Shown: in pieces, positions 44,539-54,939 of the stretch
Numbering within the stretch: the stretch's first letter is position 1
Layout of the letters: every line of letters starts with the position of its first letter
NCBI GenBank assembly: GCA_037968835.1
Contig: JBBKWG010000106.1
Location: 7,419-71,418 of the forward strand
DNA: 64,000 bases
Direction: 5' to 3'
Source: Paracoccaceae bacterium
Lineage (GTDB): Bacteria > Pseudomonadota > Alphaproteobacteria > Rhodobacterales > Rhodobacteraceae
Program-made: the position numbers and the translations under genes
The notes under the pieces: generated by a model
Told to the model about the DNA's origin: nothing
The model's input: the letters and a program-made list of their open reading frames with translations, nothing else
Databases searched by the model: none

Positions 44539-45332
44539 CAGAGAGGGACCACCGCCGGCGGGAAGTCTATGATCTGCGCCACAAGGAGCAGAAACAGCGA
44601 GGCGCCCAGCATCGCGTCAAACCGATCGAACATACCCCCATGCCCCGGCAGGATGTTCGAGCTGTCTTTGACCCCCATGCGACGCTTCAAAGCACTTTCA
44701 GCGACATCGCCGAATTGTCCGGCTATAGAGGCTGCAATCGAAATCCCGATGAGTTCATAGCCCGACTGGCCCAACCAGACGAAGATTGCGCCAACGATAC
44801 CGGCGCCAATCCATCCGGCGACGGTCCCTGACCATGTTTTCTTGGGGCTTACCTTTGGCCAGAATTTCGGTCCACCGATAAAGCGGCCGGCGAAATAGCC
44901 GAGGATGTCGGTCACGATCACCACAAGCGCCAGCCAGGCCATCCAGCCAAAGCCGAAATCATCGCGCAGAGCGACGAGTCCCAGACCGGCGAAAAGGATC
45001 GCCAGCGAGTAGATCGCGTAAGTGAAACGGTGCGCTTTCAGGCGGGCCACGCCAAGAAGCGTCGGAGCAAACAGTAGCGGGAGCGCGAAACCGGCCGAAA
45101 TCTCGAGCCCTGCCAGCAACACCAGCCCACCGAAGACGCCGAAAGGAATGGCGTCCGCGCCGCCGCCAAGCATGCGGACCAGTTCCCAGATCATGATGCC
45201 GCAGATCAGCGCGACGAGGATATGAAAGGGAAAACCGCCGATCCACATGACGGCCAGACCAAGCGCGGCAGCAGCCGCCCCGGAAATCAGCCGCTGGCTC
45301 AGGTCATTCCATTGCCCTTTGGCTTCGATCAT
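44538..45332 (-). CDS. cdsA: Phosphatidate cytidylyltransferase
   Basis: Signature SALKRRMGVKDSSNILPGHGGMFDRFD. Confidence 0.85.
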   Translation of the reverse strand: MIEAKGQWNDLSQRLISGAAAAALGLAVMWIGGFPFHILVALICGIMIWELVRMLGGGADAIPFGVFGGLVLLAGLEISAGFALPLLFAPTLLGVARLKAHRFTYAIYSLAILFAGLGLVALRDDFGFGWMAWLALVVIVTDILGYFAGRFIGGPKFWPKVSPKKTWSGTVAGWIGAGIVGAIFVWLGQSGYELIGISIAASIAGQFGDVAESALKRRMGVKDSSNILPGHGGMFDRFDAMLGASLFLLLVAQIIDFPPAVVPL

Positions 45333-46054
45333 CCCGGAACCGCGCCGTATCGCCGCTCTCGCTGCGAATAACCGGCAAGGACGTGGGCGAACTCGGCAGC
45401 GGTGAAATCGGGCCAGAGAGTGTCGATGAATTCGTATTCCGAATAGGCCGATTGCCAGAGCAGGAAGTTCGATATCCGCGCCTCGCCACTGGTGCGGATC
45501 ACAAGGTCCGGATCGGGCAGAACGTAAGTATCAAGGTACTTAGCCAGCGTTTCGGCGTCGACAGCTTCGGGATCCAACCTGCCCGCCGCGACTTCGCGCG
45601 CCAGACGTTTTGTAGCGCGTGCCACCTCGTCGCGACTGCCATAGTTCAGTGCCACCGTAAGATGCACCAGATCGTTTCCGCAGGTCAGCAATTCCAGTTC
45701 GTCCATCAACGCTACAAGCGTTTCGTCCAGACGAATCCTGTCGCCGATGAACCGAACCCGCACGCCGGATTCGAGCAATTGCTTGGTTTCGCTCATCAGA
45801 TATCGCTTGAAAAGCTTCATCAGACCCGAAACTTCGACCTGAGTGCGCTTCCAGTTCTCGGTCGAGAATGCGAATATAGTCAGATACTTGACGCCAAGAT
45901 CGGGACACGCTTCGACAATCTCGCGGACGCGTCGCGCACCTGCGTGATGGCCGAATAGCCGCGGTTTGCCCCGCGCCTGTGCCCAACGGCCGTTGCCGTC
46001 CATGATAATCGCCACGTGTTGAGGCGCGGCCTTATTCAGTCTGTTCATGCCCAA
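45329..46054 (-). CDS. uppS: Isoprenyl transferase (undecaprenyl diphosphate synthase)
   Basis: HVAIIMDGNGRWA motif. ATGA overlap with the cdsA start. Confidence 0.9.
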   Translation of the reverse strand: MGMNRLNKAAPQHVAIIMDGNGRWAQARGKPRLFGHHAGARRVREIVEACPDLGVKYLTIFAFSTENWKRTQVEVSGLMKLFKRYLMSETKQLLESGVRVRFIGDRIRLDETLVALMDELELLTCGNDLVHLTVALNYGSRDEVARATKRLAREVAAGRLDPEAVDAETLAKYLDTYVLPDPDLVIRTSGEARISNFLLWQSAYSEYEFIDTLWPDFTAAEFAHVLAGYSQRERRYGAVPG

Positions 46055-46090
46055 AACGGGTCTCCTCGGACTGCCCCACCCCGACGCAGA

Positions 46091-46654
46091 TTAAACCTGC
46101 ATTATTTCTTCTTGCTTACTTTCAAGTGCATTATCTATCCGCGTGATCGCGGCATCGGTCAGCGTCTGCACCTCGTCGGACCAGAATTTCTGATCGTCTT
46201 CCGACATGCCTTCGGCTTTCGCCTTCTTGATCTGATCCATTCCATCGCGCCGCACGTTGCGGATCGCGACCTTGGCGTTTTCGGCATAGGTCCCGGCAAC
46301 CTTGGTCAACTCGCGGCGGCGCTCTTCGTTCAATTCTGGAATGGGCAGTCGGATGATCGTGCCGTCGACCACCGGATTGATTCCCAGCCCCGACTCTCGC
46401 AGCGCCTTTTCGACCTTGCCGACCAGTGCCTTGTCCCAGACGTTCAGGGTGATCATGCGCGGCTCGGGCACATTGACTGTGCCGACCTGATTGACTGGCG
46501 TCATCGAACCGTAGGCATCGACCATCACTGGCTCCAGCATCGACGCTGACGCGCGACCGGTCCGCAAGGTCTGGAATTCCTGGCGAAGCGAGGCCATTGC
46601 GCCATCCATCCGCCGTTGCAAATCGCCCAGATCAATTTCGATATCGTCAGCCAT
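46091..46654 (-). CDS. frr: Ribosome recycling factor
   Basis: [36 protein letters not shown]. The start was chosen at ATG 46654. Confidence 0.9.
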   Translation of the reverse strand: MADDIEIDLGDLQRRMDGAMASLRQEFQTLRTGRASASMLEPVMVDAYGSMTPVNQVGTVNVPEPRMITLNVWDKALVGKVEKALRESGLGINPVVDGTIIRLPIPELNEERRRELTKVAGTYAENAKVAIRNVRRDGMDQIKKAKAEGMSEDDQKFWSDEVQTLTDAAITRIDNALESKQEEIMQV

Positions 46655-46820
46655 GCCCGTCACTTCCCGATCTTCCGGCCGCTCAAGCCGGTTTTCAGCC
46701 TCTATAACCGCAGCAATGCCGGAATGTATAGTCTGGGTGCCACCCAAGTGTGCAGTGTTTCAGCAGTTTTTTTTGGCGGAGACGTTTCAAAGCCCGATTT
46801 CTGTCAGCACGCTTAACAGA

Positions 46821-47555
46821 TCAATCCTGCACAATCGTATAGGTTCCCTCGCCGGCCAGAATGCCGCGGAATCCACCTGGTTCGTCCAGGGAAAATACTA
46901 TGATCGGCAGCTTGTTGTCGCGTGCCAGTGCGATGGCCGATGCGTCCATGACGCCAAGATGCTGGGCCAGCACCTCGTCATAGGTCACGCGATCATAGCG
47001 CTTGGCATCGTCGTGCTTGGTCGGGTCCTTGTCATAAACGCCGTCGACCTTGGTGCCCTTGAAAATCGCCTCGCACGACATTTCCGACGCTCTGAGAGTG
47101 GCGGCCGTGTCCGTCGTGAAATACGGGTTGCCGGTTCCGGCGGCAAAGATGCAGACCCGTTTCTTTTCCAGGTGGCGCACCGCGCGACGGCGGATATAGG
47201 GCTCGGCGACCTCATCCATGCGAATTGCCGATATCACGCGGGTGTGGATATCAAGATCCTCCAGCGCCGATTGCATAGCGAGCGCGTTCATGACTGTCGC
47301 GAGCATCCCCATGTAATCGGCCGTCGTGCGCTCCATCCCTTGCGCGCTGCCCTGCAATCCGCGGAAAATGTTGCCGCCGCCGATGACCATGCAGATTTCG
47401 ACGCCTAGTTCGTGGACCGACTGAACTTCGCGCGCGATCCGTGCCACAGTGGGCGGATGCAGGCCATATCCCAGATCGCCCATCAGCGCCTCTCCCGAGA
47501 TCTTCAGCAGAACGCGCCGGTATGCAGCTCTTGGCTCGGTCAAATCGCTGGTCAT
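46821..47555 (-). CDS. pyrH: UMP kinase
   Basis: [13 protein letters not shown] motif. The start was chosen at ATG 47555. Confidence 0.9.
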   Translation of the reverse strand: MTSDLTEPRAAYRRVLLKISGEALMGDLGYGLHPPTVARIAREVQSVHELGVEICMVIGGGNIFRGLQGSAQGMERTTADYMGMLATVMNALAMQSALEDLDIHTRVISAIRMDEVAEPYIRRRAVRHLEKKRVCIFAAGTGNPYFTTDTAATLRASEMSCEAIFKGTKVDGVYDKDPTKHDDAKRYDRVTYDEVLAQHLGVMDASAIALARDNKLPIIVFSLDEPGGFRGILAGEGTYTIVQD

Positions 47556-47619
47556 GGGCGGCCCTTTCAATCGGTCCTGTTGGCGCCAGATTTGGCGGGG
47601 CTTTGCGCCCGGCGCGAAA

Positions 47620-48552
47620 ATGTCCGAAAACGGCGCGGTATTCAACGAGGAAGGCACAGCGCGGGTGAATGATCTGATCGAAGATGTTCTGGGCAGCCTC
47701 GATACCCGTCGCCCCGTCCTGTTGGCGGGACCGACCGCCAGCGGCAAATCTTCCCTCGCGATGGCGATTGCGGCACACATGGGCGGCCCGGTGGTCAATG
47801 CTGACGCGCTTCAGGTCTATGGCGACTGGCGGGTGCTGACCGCGCGCCCGTCGCCCGAGGACGAAGCTGCCATTCCCCACCGGCTTTACGGCCACGTGCC
47901 CGGCAACCGGCCGTATTCGGTCGGCCAGTGGTTGCGCGACGTCGCGCCGTTTCTGGATGGTCCGCCACCGGTCATCGTCGGTGGAACCGGGCTGTATTTT
48001 TTGGCGCTGATCGAGGGACTCGCGGCCATTCCCGACATACCCGCATTGGTTCGAAAGGAAGCCGATGAACGGCTGGCGACGGAAGGTCTGAGCGCGCTTC
48101 TTTCCGGTATCGACGCCGAAACCGCCAAGCGTATTGATGCCCAAAATCCGATGCGCGTGCAGCGGGCGTGGGAAGTTCAGCGGGCGACGGGACGCGGATT
48201 GGCGGCTTGGCAGGACGACACCGGCCCGCCGCTACTCAGCCTCGACAACGTGCAGGCGTTTGTGCTGAGCGCGCCGAAGGATTGGCTCAATCCCCGGATC
48301 GAGGCACGCTTCGATCAGATGCTGCGCGCGGGTGCCTTGGATGAAGCGCGGCGAAATGCTGCAAACTGGCGCCCTGACTTGCCTTCGGCCAAGGCAATCG
48401 GTGCCGGAGAGCTGATAGCGCACGTCCGTGAAGGATTGTCTCTTGATGCCGCGCGGGTCGCCGCCATTACTCTCAGTCGTCAATACGCCAAGCGCCAACG
48501 AAGCTGGTTTCGCGGACGGATGAAGGATTGGAACTGGATCAATGCGGGCTAG
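47620..48552 (+). CDS. miaA: tRNA dimethylallyltransferase
   Basis: P-loop [11 protein letters not shown]. The start was chosen at ATG 47620 and is approximate. Confidence 0.85.
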   Translation: MSENGAVFNEEGTARVNDLIEDVLGSLDTRRPVLLAGPTASGKSSLAMAIAAHMGGPVVNADALQVYGDWRVLTARPSPEDEAAIPHRLYGHVPGNRPYSVGQWLRDVAPFLDGPPPVIVGGTGLYFLALIEGLAAIPDIPALVRKEADERLATEGLSALLSGIDAETAKRIDAQNPMRVQRAWEVQRATGRGLAAWQDDTGPPLLSLDNVQAFVLSAPKDWLNPRIEARFDQMLRAGALDEARRNAANWRPDLPSAKAIGAGELIAHVREGLSLDAARVAAITLSRQYAKRQRSWFRGRMKDWNWINAG

Positions 48553-48655
48553 GATGCGGTGCGCGATGTTAGCGCATGACATTTCTGATCGACCGCCGCG
48601 ATTTCCGCCCGCTTTGCGCTGGCACAAGACGCCGCCATTTGTCATAAGACGCGCG

Positions 48656-48796
48656 ATGACCAACAGGATCGCACTAGGCCTCGGTCTGTTCCTTGTGGCG
48701 CTTTTTGCGCTGAATTTCGCGTTCGGGCTGGAATGGCATGTTTTTCTCGGACGAAAATTTCTGGAGCTGATCCGTGTGATCGCCTTCTGGCGCTAG
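48656..48796 (+). CDS. Hypothetical small membrane protein (46 aa)
   Basis: MTNRIALGLGLFLVALFALNFAFGLEWHVFLGRKFLELIRVIAFWR has one clear TM helix. No homology call is possible from the sequence alone. Confidence 0.3.
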   Translation: MTNRIALGLGLFLVALFALNFAFGLEWHVFLGRKFLELIRVIAFWR

Positions 48797-48825
48797 TGCC
48801 CAGACAAATCTGAAGGAGATGAAAC

Positions 48826-49827
48826 GTGGCAGTCAAAGTGGCAATTAACGGCTTCGGCCGGATCGGTCGAAACGTCTTGCGCGCAATCGCAGAATCGGGA
48901 CGCAAGGACATTCAGGTCGTGGCGATCAACGATCTCGGCCCTGTCGAGACCAACGCCCACCTTCTGCGCTACGATTCAGTTCATGGCCGGTATCCCGGCA
49001 CTGTCACCGTGAACGGGGATTCGATCGACGTCGGTACCGGACCGATCAAGGTCACGGCCGAGCGTGACCCCAAGACCCTGCCCTGGGGCGATGTCGATAT
49101 CGCGCTGGAGTGCACCGGGATTTTCACCGCTCGCGACAAGGCGGCGCTTCACCTGGAAAACGGCTCCAAGCGCGTGCTGATCTCTGCACCCGGTGCAGGT
49201 TCCGACAAGACGGTTGTTTACGGCGTCAATCACGACGTCCTGACGGCCGACGATCTGGTCGTGTCCAATGCCTCGTGCACGACGAACTGTCTGAGTCCTG
49301 TGGCTAAGGTGCTGAACGACGTCATCGGCATCGACAAAGGCTTCATGACGACGATTCACAGCTACACAGGCGATCAGCCAACACTCGATACGATGCATTC
49401 GGATCTCTACCGCGCGCGCGCTGCCGCGATGTCGATGATCCCGACATCGACCGGGGCGGCAAAGGCCGTCGGTCTGGTGCTGCCCGAGCTTGACGGCAAG
49501 CTTGACGGGGTTGCGATCCGGGTGCCGACCCCAAACGTTTCGGTGGTCGATCTGGTGTTCAACGCAAGCCGCGCCACGAGCGTGGAAGAAGTCAACGACG
49601 CCATCCGCAAGGCTGCCGATGGTCCGATGAAAGGCATTCTAGGCTATACGGACGAAAAGCTGGTCTCGATGGACTTCAACCACGACCCGCATTCGTCGAT
49701 CTTCCACACCGATCAGACCAAGGTGATGGACGGAACGATGGTGCGAATCCTCACCTGGTATGACAACGAATGGGGCTTTTCGAACAGGATGGCCGACGTT
49801 GCGGTCGCCATGGGCAAGCTGATCTGA
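48826..49827 (+). CDS. gap: Type I glyceraldehyde-3-phosphate dehydrogenase
   Basis: INGFGRIGR and the [10 protein letters not shown] active site. The GTG start is preceded by GAAGGAG. Confidence 0.9.
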   Translation: MAVKVAINGFGRIGRNVLRAIAESGRKDIQVVAINDLGPVETNAHLLRYDSVHGRYPGTVTVNGDSIDVGTGPIKVTAERDPKTLPWGDVDIALECTGIFTARDKAALHLENGSKRVLISAPGAGSDKTVVYGVNHDVLTADDLVVSNASCTTNCLSPVAKVLNDVIGIDKGFMTTIHSYTGDQPTLDTMHSDLYRARAAAMSMIPTSTGAAKAVGLVLPELDGKLDGVAIRVPTPNVSVVDLVFNASRATSVEEVNDAIRKAADGPMKGILGYTDEKLVSMDFNHDPHSSIFHTDQTKVMDGTMVRILTWYDNEWGFSNRMADVAVAMGKLI

Positions 49828-49854
49828 GACCGTCTGGCAAGTTCAACAGTTCTG

Positions 49855-49878
49855 CGGCGCCGTCAGCGGCGCCGTTTT
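49855..49878 (+). terminator. Rho-independent terminator after gap
   Basis: CGGCGCC-gtcagc-GGCGCCG followed by TTTT. Confidence 0.6.
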
Positions 49879-49973
49879 CAATTGACGGGGCCAACACGGA
49901 ATAGTTCTGGTTCAAGTGCAAATTATCGAGTTCCCCACATGGCGCCACCTCGGGCCACTACGAAAGAGCGCAC

Positions 49974-50129
49974 ATGCGCGTACTATTCACGTCTACCAGC
50001 GGACCCGGACATCTTAACCCTTTGCTCCCCTATGCCACGGCACTGAGGGAAGCGGGCCACGAGGTCAGGATCGCCGCACCGCCGAGTGCGGCGCCGCCGA
50101 TCCGACGCGCTGATCATGCCCCTTTCTAA
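49974..50129 (+). pseudogene. N-terminal remnant (51 codons) of a GT1/MGT-family glycosyltransferase
   Basis: Own translation: MRVLFTSTSGPGHLNPLLPYATALREAGHEVRIAAPPS... This is the characteristic N-terminus of ~400-aa UDP-glycosyltransferases. The frame stops at 50127-50129 and the rest of the gene is missing. Confidence 0.5.
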
Positions 50130-50364
50130 GAGCAGCTTCGGCTATGTGTGTCGCAAGCTACACTGGATGCGCCTGTCGCCGTCTCTGTCGTAAAGCAAGA
50201 CGTCTCGCCCACCATCGAACTCGATCGCCAGCGGGTACCAATCCAAACCCAGTCAATCGTTGCTTCTATCTGATTTTTAGTTGGGGACAGCGACAGCGAG
50301 ATTACTTTGAAAGAGCACGAGCGCACCGCCGTATTGTTACGTATGGTTCCTGTAAAATGCCACG

Positions 50365-50847
50365 TCAGTTCATTCCACACCGCTGCCTGATCAAACCCCA
50401 GTTACCCTCAAACTGCGCCAGTGAACTCATTTCGACCGCACAATGTGTCGTGCTTGGATTGCGAGGACGAACGCCGTTATGCTTGTCCAGCCACGCGCAA
50501 TAGTTGTGCAGAATTATTGACTGCAGTTCGTGTTGAGGCAGTATGAAGTATCTGTCCTGTCCAGCGCTGTCGCCAATCTTCACAAATACGTAAACCAGTT
50601 CGCCATCTAACGCGTCGTTCGATCCACCCACAATTTGCCGGTCACCTTCAAAATCAATGTGTATGAAGCGCGTTGCGTTAAAGTGAACTGAGCCAGTGCG
50701 CCATGCTTTGATTTGCAGGTGCAGTGTCGTATCGTTCGCGTATGCCAAAATATCAATGTCAGGCATGTTACCCGCAAATGAAGTAGCAACAATCCCACGC
50801 CTGCCTAGCTCAGCGACCACTAAGCTTTCACCAATCTGCCCCGCCAA
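50365..50847 (-). CDS. Hypothetical protein, PD-(D/E)xK nuclease-fold-like
   Basis: 160 aa with a TTG start. The pattern GESLVVAELGRRG...MPDIDILAY...LHLQIKA fits E...D-x-D...(Q)-x-K restriction-endonuclease-fold motifs. The region is visibly more A+T-rich than its flanks. Confidence 0.45.
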   Translation of the reverse strand: MAGQIGESLVVAELGRRGIVATSFAGNMPDIDILAYANDTTLHLQIKAWRTGSVHFNATRFIHIDFEGDRQIVGGSNDALDGELVYVFVKIGDSAGQDRYFILPQHELQSIILHNYCAWLDKHNGVRPRNPSTTHCAVEMSSLAQFEGNWGLIRQRCGMN

Positions 50848-50971
50848 CTGCGTCCTAAAATTGCGTGACAGGTTGCTGCTCCAACATGTCTCAACCGCTA
50901 ACTTTTATGCTAATTTCGCAATACCAATACGTCAATGACTTCAGTACTCTGCCATAGGACTGTTATGCACG

Positions 50972-50998
50972 AAAAAAGGGCTGCAGAAAATGCAGCCC
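50972..50998 (-). terminator. Rho-independent terminator after rpsI
   Basis: The minus strand reads GGGCTGCA-ttttc-TGCAGCCC followed by TTTTTT. Confidence 0.65.
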
Positions 50999-51031
50999 TC
51001 TGTAATTGTTTAGAAATATACTGGCTCTCAG

Positions 51032-51532
51032 TTAGCGCTTCGAGAACTGGAAGCTCTTACGGGCTTTCGCCTTGCCGAACTTCTTGCGCTCTACGACGCG
51101 GCTGTCGCGGGTCAGGAAGCCGGCCGCCTTCAGCGCCGCACGAAGCGACGGATCATAAAGCTGCAACGCCTTCGAGATGCCGTGCTTGACCGCGCCGGCC
51201 TGGCCAGAGAGACCGCCACCCTTGACCGTTGCCATCACGTCGAATTCGCCTTCGCGACCGGCCACGGTAAATGGCTGGCGAAGGATCATCTGAAGCACCG
51301 GACGGGCGAAGTACTCGGCCATCTCTTTGCCGTTGACCACGACCTTGCCGGATCCGGGCTTTATCCAGACGCGTGCGACCGCGTCCTTGCGCTTGCCTGT
51401 GGCATATGCGCGGCCCAGTTTATCGCGGACCGGTTCGCGGTGAATGGCGGTTTCCACAATCGTTTCGACCGAAGCGTCGGATCCCGCCACGACGTCTTTC
51501 AGATCGTCCAGCGTCTTGATATCTTCTGCCAT
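51032..51532 (-). CDS. rpsI: 30S ribosomal protein S9
   Basis: ...[19 protein letters not shown]...[19 protein letters not shown]-terminus. Confidence 0.95.
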   Translation of the reverse strand: MAEDIKTLDDLKDVVAGSDASVETIVETAIHREPVRDKLGRAYATGKRKDAVARVWIKPGSGKVVVNGKEMAEYFARPVLQMILRQPFTVAGREGEFDVMATVKGGGLSGQAGAVKHGISKALQLYDPSLRAALKAAGFLTRDSRVVERKKFGKAKARKSFQFSKR

Positions 51533-51535
51533 GCC

Positions 51536-51994
51536 TTAGCTCCGGGTGTTCTTCTTGTTCATGGACTTAACGTCCAGAACAGAGGGGTTCTGCGCCTCGT
51601 GCGGGTGCTCGGCACCTGCATAGACGCGAAGGTTGGTCATCTGCTTGGCGGACAGGCGATTGCCCGGCAGCATGCGCTTGACGGCCTGAGTAACGACGCG
51701 CTCGGGATGCGCGCCCTCAAGAATCTGGCCGGTGGTGCGCGACTTGATGCCGCCCGGATAGCCGGTGTGCCAATAATTGGGTTTGTCGCGCTTGTTGCCC
51801 GTCAACTGCACCTTGTCGGCGTTGATGATGATGACGTTGTCGCCCATGTCCATGTGCGGAGTGAACGACGGCTTGTGCTTGCCGCGCAGTCGCGTGGCGA
51901 CGATCGAGGCGAGGCGGCCCAGAACCACGCCTTCGGCGTCGATCAGGATCCAGCTCTTGTCGATGTCCGCCGGTGTTGCGGAAAAAGTTTTCAT
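51536..51994 (-). CDS. rplM: 50S ribosomal protein L13
   Basis: [30 protein letters not shown]. The start was chosen at ATG 51994. Confidence 0.95.
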   Translation of the reverse strand: MKTFSATPADIDKSWILIDAEGVVLGRLASIVATRLRGKHKPSFTPHMDMGDNVIIINADKVQLTGNKRDKPNYWHTGYPGGIKSRTTGQILEGAHPERVVTQAVKRMLPGNRLSAKQMTNLRVYAGAEHPHEAQNPSVLDVKSMNKKNTRS

Positions 51995-52241
51995 TGCATT
52001 GCCCTTTGGGGGGTTCATTCGGATGACCGGGTTCTAAGCGATCCCCACGCACAGTCAAGGTCATTCGGCGGCTGTTAATTCAGCAAATTCAATGCGTTAA
52101 AAGTTAGGTATTATATTACCCCACTTTTGTAGCCATAAGCGGTCGATTTTTGCGTTAAGTTTAACGACTGTCAAACTTGCGCCCGAATTGTCGGCTAAGA
52201 CTGCGGAATTCAGTGTTCTGTATCGGTATCGGGAGTATCCC

Positions 52242-52475
52242 ATGATCACCAGCATTTTCCTCGCATTTGTGGCCCTCGGCATAGCCTTGGGAGTCGTCTT
52301 CGTCGGTTACGGAGGCGTCTTTCTTCTAATCATCGGACTTTGCTGCGCGTCTGTGACGTTCAGCTACCTTGCGGCAACGCTGCGCATAGGTCCCGGCAGC
52401 AAGAAAGCCGACAAGTCGCACGGTCAAAAAAGCGGCCTGATCACTGGCCTTGCATTCACGGATCAACGCCACTAA
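52242..52475 (+). CDS. Hypothetical small membrane protein (77 aa, two TM helices)
   Basis: MITSIFLAFVALGIALGVVFVGYGGVFLLIIGLCCASVTFSYL... GGGAG sits upstream of the ATG. Confidence 0.4.
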   Translation: MITSIFLAFVALGIALGVVFVGYGGVFLLIIGLCCASVTFSYLAATLRIGPGSKKADKSHGQKSGLITGLAFTDQRH

Positions 52476-52566
52476 TTGCCCCCCTTCTAGGCACCGATCC
52501 CATCCCGACCTAATGCGGGGGGCGCTAAGGGCCGGATTACAATCAACTGGACAGAAGGGGAGTGCC

Positions 52567-53091
52567 ATGACGGACGGCGCCAACCTCTTCCACCTGGGGA
52601 TCGGTCTGGATTCAGGCGCCCATGCGGAAGATTCTCGCGGCGATGACGCTGCGCAAACCGTTGCCGCGAACGCTAATCGCGACATTTTCGATACTGATCG
52701 GGAAGATCACTTCATCCGCCGTGGCGGCAGGGTTTTCGCGGGAACTCACCTGATTATCGAAGTTGTGGAGGGCACCGGGCTTGATGACGAAGCCCGCATC
52801 CAACAAGCGTTCCGCGACTGCGTCGATGTCTGCGGTGCAACGCTTCTGCACATGCACACCCATAAATTCTCGCCCCAAGGCGTCTCGGGTGTGGCAGTGC
52901 TGGCCGAAAGCCATATCTCGGTCCACACTTGGCCCGAGATCGGCTACGGCGCGTTCGACGTATTCATGTGCGGCGAAGCCGAACCCTGGCACGCAGTCGA
53001 CGTTCTCGCCAAAGCGTTCCAGACAAGCGATGTGCGGGTGAAAGAGCTACTGCGCGGCGATGGCCTTGTGACCGTCGAGGCCGTGGCCTGA
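52567..53091 (+). CDS. speD: S-adenosylmethionine decarboxylase proenzyme (class 1, pyruvoyl)
   Basis: LAESHISVHTWPE self-cleavage motif. AAGGGGA sits upstream of ATG 52567. Confidence 0.8.
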   Translation: MTDGANLFHLGIGLDSGAHAEDSRGDDAAQTVAANANRDIFDTDREDHFIRRGGRVFAGTHLIIEVVEGTGLDDEARIQQAFRDCVDVCGATLLHMHTHKFSPQGVSGVAVLAESHISVHTWPEIGYGAFDVFMCGEAEPWHAVDVLAKAFQTSDVRVKELLRGDGLVTVEAVA

Positions 53092-53107
53092 CGCTCAGGC
53101 GCGGGCG

Positions 53108-54733
53108 TCAGTGCCCGCCGCCCATGATGCCCGTGCGCACCCCGTAATCTGCGGCGATCTGGTAATCCGGGTCGTCATCGCTGTCGATCACCAACTGCCC
53201 TGCCCGCTTCAGTAGCCGGTGACAGTCGTGGCTCAGATGGCGCAGTTGCACTTCCTTGCCCGCAGCCTCGTACTTTTCCGCCAGCACCTCGATTGCTGTC
53301 AGGGCGGATTGATCTACGACGCGACTGTCTGCGAAGTCGACGATGACCAGCGCGGGATCGGACTCGGGCTCGAACAGTTCCGAAAACCCGGCGGTCGAGC
53401 CGAAAAATAGCGGACCGTTGATCTGATAGACCTTCGCGCCTTCCGGCGAAACGTAGGTCTTGGCGCTGATCCGGGTGGCGTTGTTCCAGGCATAGGCGAG
53501 TGCCGAGACGATCACCCCGACAACCACGGCAGTCGCAAGATCATAAAGAACCGTCACGGCAGTAACCAAGAAGATCACGACGGCGTCCGTGAGCGGCACC
53601 TTACGAAGAATAGTCAGACTATTCCACGCAAACGTGCCGATCACGACCATGAACATGACGCCCACCAGTGCGGCGAGCGGAATTTGCTCTATCACCGGCG
53701 AGGCCACGACGATGAACGCCAGCAGGAACAGCGCCGCAGAAATCCCAGACAGGCGCGAACGTCCACCGGATTTCACGTTGATCATCGACTGGCCGATCAT
53801 GGCGCAGCCGCCCATGCCACCGAAAAAGCCGGTGACGGTGTTGGCAGCGCCTTGGGCAATGCATTCGCGGCTGGCGCCGCCGCGCTGACCGGTGATTTCG
53901 CCGACAAGGTTCAACGTCAGCAGGCTTTCGATCAGACCGATTGCCGACAGGATCAATGCATAGGGCAGGATGATCTCGAACGTTTCAAACGTGAGCGGCA
54001 CCGATGGCAGGTGAAAGGACGGCAAACCGCCCTGGATCGAGGCGAGATCACCAACGCGCGGCACGTCGATGCCGAATGCGATTACGGCAATCGCGACCAA
54101 GCCTATACCTGCCAATGGGGCGGGCACTGACTTGGTAATTCTCGGCATGACCCAGATAATCGCCATGGTCGCGGCCACCAGCGCCAGCATCGTGACAAGC
54201 GGCCAGCCCGACAGCCATTCGCCCCGCGCCAATCCGTGTCCCGCAGACTTGGCGGTTCCGGGCACCTGAAACTGCGACAACTGGGCGAGAAAGATGACGA
54301 TAGCCAGTCCGTTCACGAACCCGAGCATTACCGGATGGGGTACGAGACGGATGAACTTGCCAAGCCGAAACACCCCGAACGCAATCTGGATCAGTCCCAT
54401 CAGAACTACAGCCGCGAACAGATATTCCACCCCGTGCATGGCGACGAGCGAAACCATAACGACCGCCAGAGCGCCGGTCGCGCCGGAAATCATGCCCGGA
54501 CGACCGCCGAAGACGGCAGTGATCAGCCCCACGATGAACGCCGCGTAAAGCCCGACCAGCGGATGCACACCGGCGACGAACGCGAATGCGACCGCCTCGG
54601 GCACCAACGCCAGCGAGACGGTCAGACCGGCAAGAACTTCGGTTTTGATCTGAGCCGGCCGCATGGGAAATTGTCCACCCATATCGGCAATACTCGGTCC
54701 GGCCGCCAATGCAGCCATCAGGAACTTGGTCAC
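53108..54733 (-). CDS. SulP family inorganic anion transporter with C-terminal STAS domain
   Basis: 541 aa. Polytopic, with a SulP-like N-terminus (EVLAGLTVSLALVPEAVAFA) and a STAS-like C-terminal ~110 aa. Confidence 0.85.
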   Translation of the reverse strand: MTKFLMAALAAGPSIADMGGQFPMRPAQIKTEVLAGLTVSLALVPEAVAFAFVAGVHPLVGLYAAFIVGLITAVFGGRPGMISGATGALAVVMVSLVAMHGVEYLFAAVVLMGLIQIAFGVFRLGKFIRLVPHPVMLGFVNGLAIVIFLAQLSQFQVPGTAKSAGHGLARGEWLSGWPLVTMLALVAATMAIIWVMPRITKSVPAPLAGIGLVAIAVIAFGIDVPRVGDLASIQGGLPSFHLPSVPLTFETFEIILPYALILSAIGLIESLLTLNLVGEITGQRGGASRECIAQGAANTVTGFFGGMGGCAMIGQSMINVKSGGRSRLSGISAALFLLAFIVVASPVIEQIPLAALVGVMFMVVIGTFAWNSLTILRKVPLTDAVVIFLVTAVTVLYDLATAVVVGVIVSALAYAWNNATRISAKTYVSPEGAKVYQINGPLFFGSTAGFSELFEPESDPALVIVDFADSRVVDQSALTAIEVLAEKYEAAGKEVQLRHLSHDCHRLLKRAGQLVIDSDDDPDYQIAADYGVRTGIMGGGH

Positions 54734-54939
54734 TAACGGACCCTTTCATCTGTATGCTTTGGACCGGCACCTAACAGATTATGCCCGAAAGGCACGGTAT
54801 TCCTTGGAATAGCTGCGTTGCGTGTCGATCATGCCACGTCAAGGGTGGCGGGAAACGGCAATACCGGCGGCGGCCTGGTCTTGCGACCCTTCCCATTTCG
54901 CTGCCCCTCTGGCATCCGATGTTTCTGAAGGAGACCGAA

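Noticed and set aside
50126-50380. 84-aa minus-strand ORF downstream of the PD-(D/E)xK-like ORF, considered as a possible partner gene (for example a toxin-antitoxin pair)
   Set aside because: There is no convincing RBS. The translation is Ser/Thr/Trp-rich and featureless, and it overlaps the region that looks like decayed pseudogene debris. It is kept only as part of the islet description.
51182-52078. 298-aa plus-strand ORF opposite rpsI and rplM
   Set aside because: It is antisense to two unmistakable ribosomal protein genes and has no motifs of its own.
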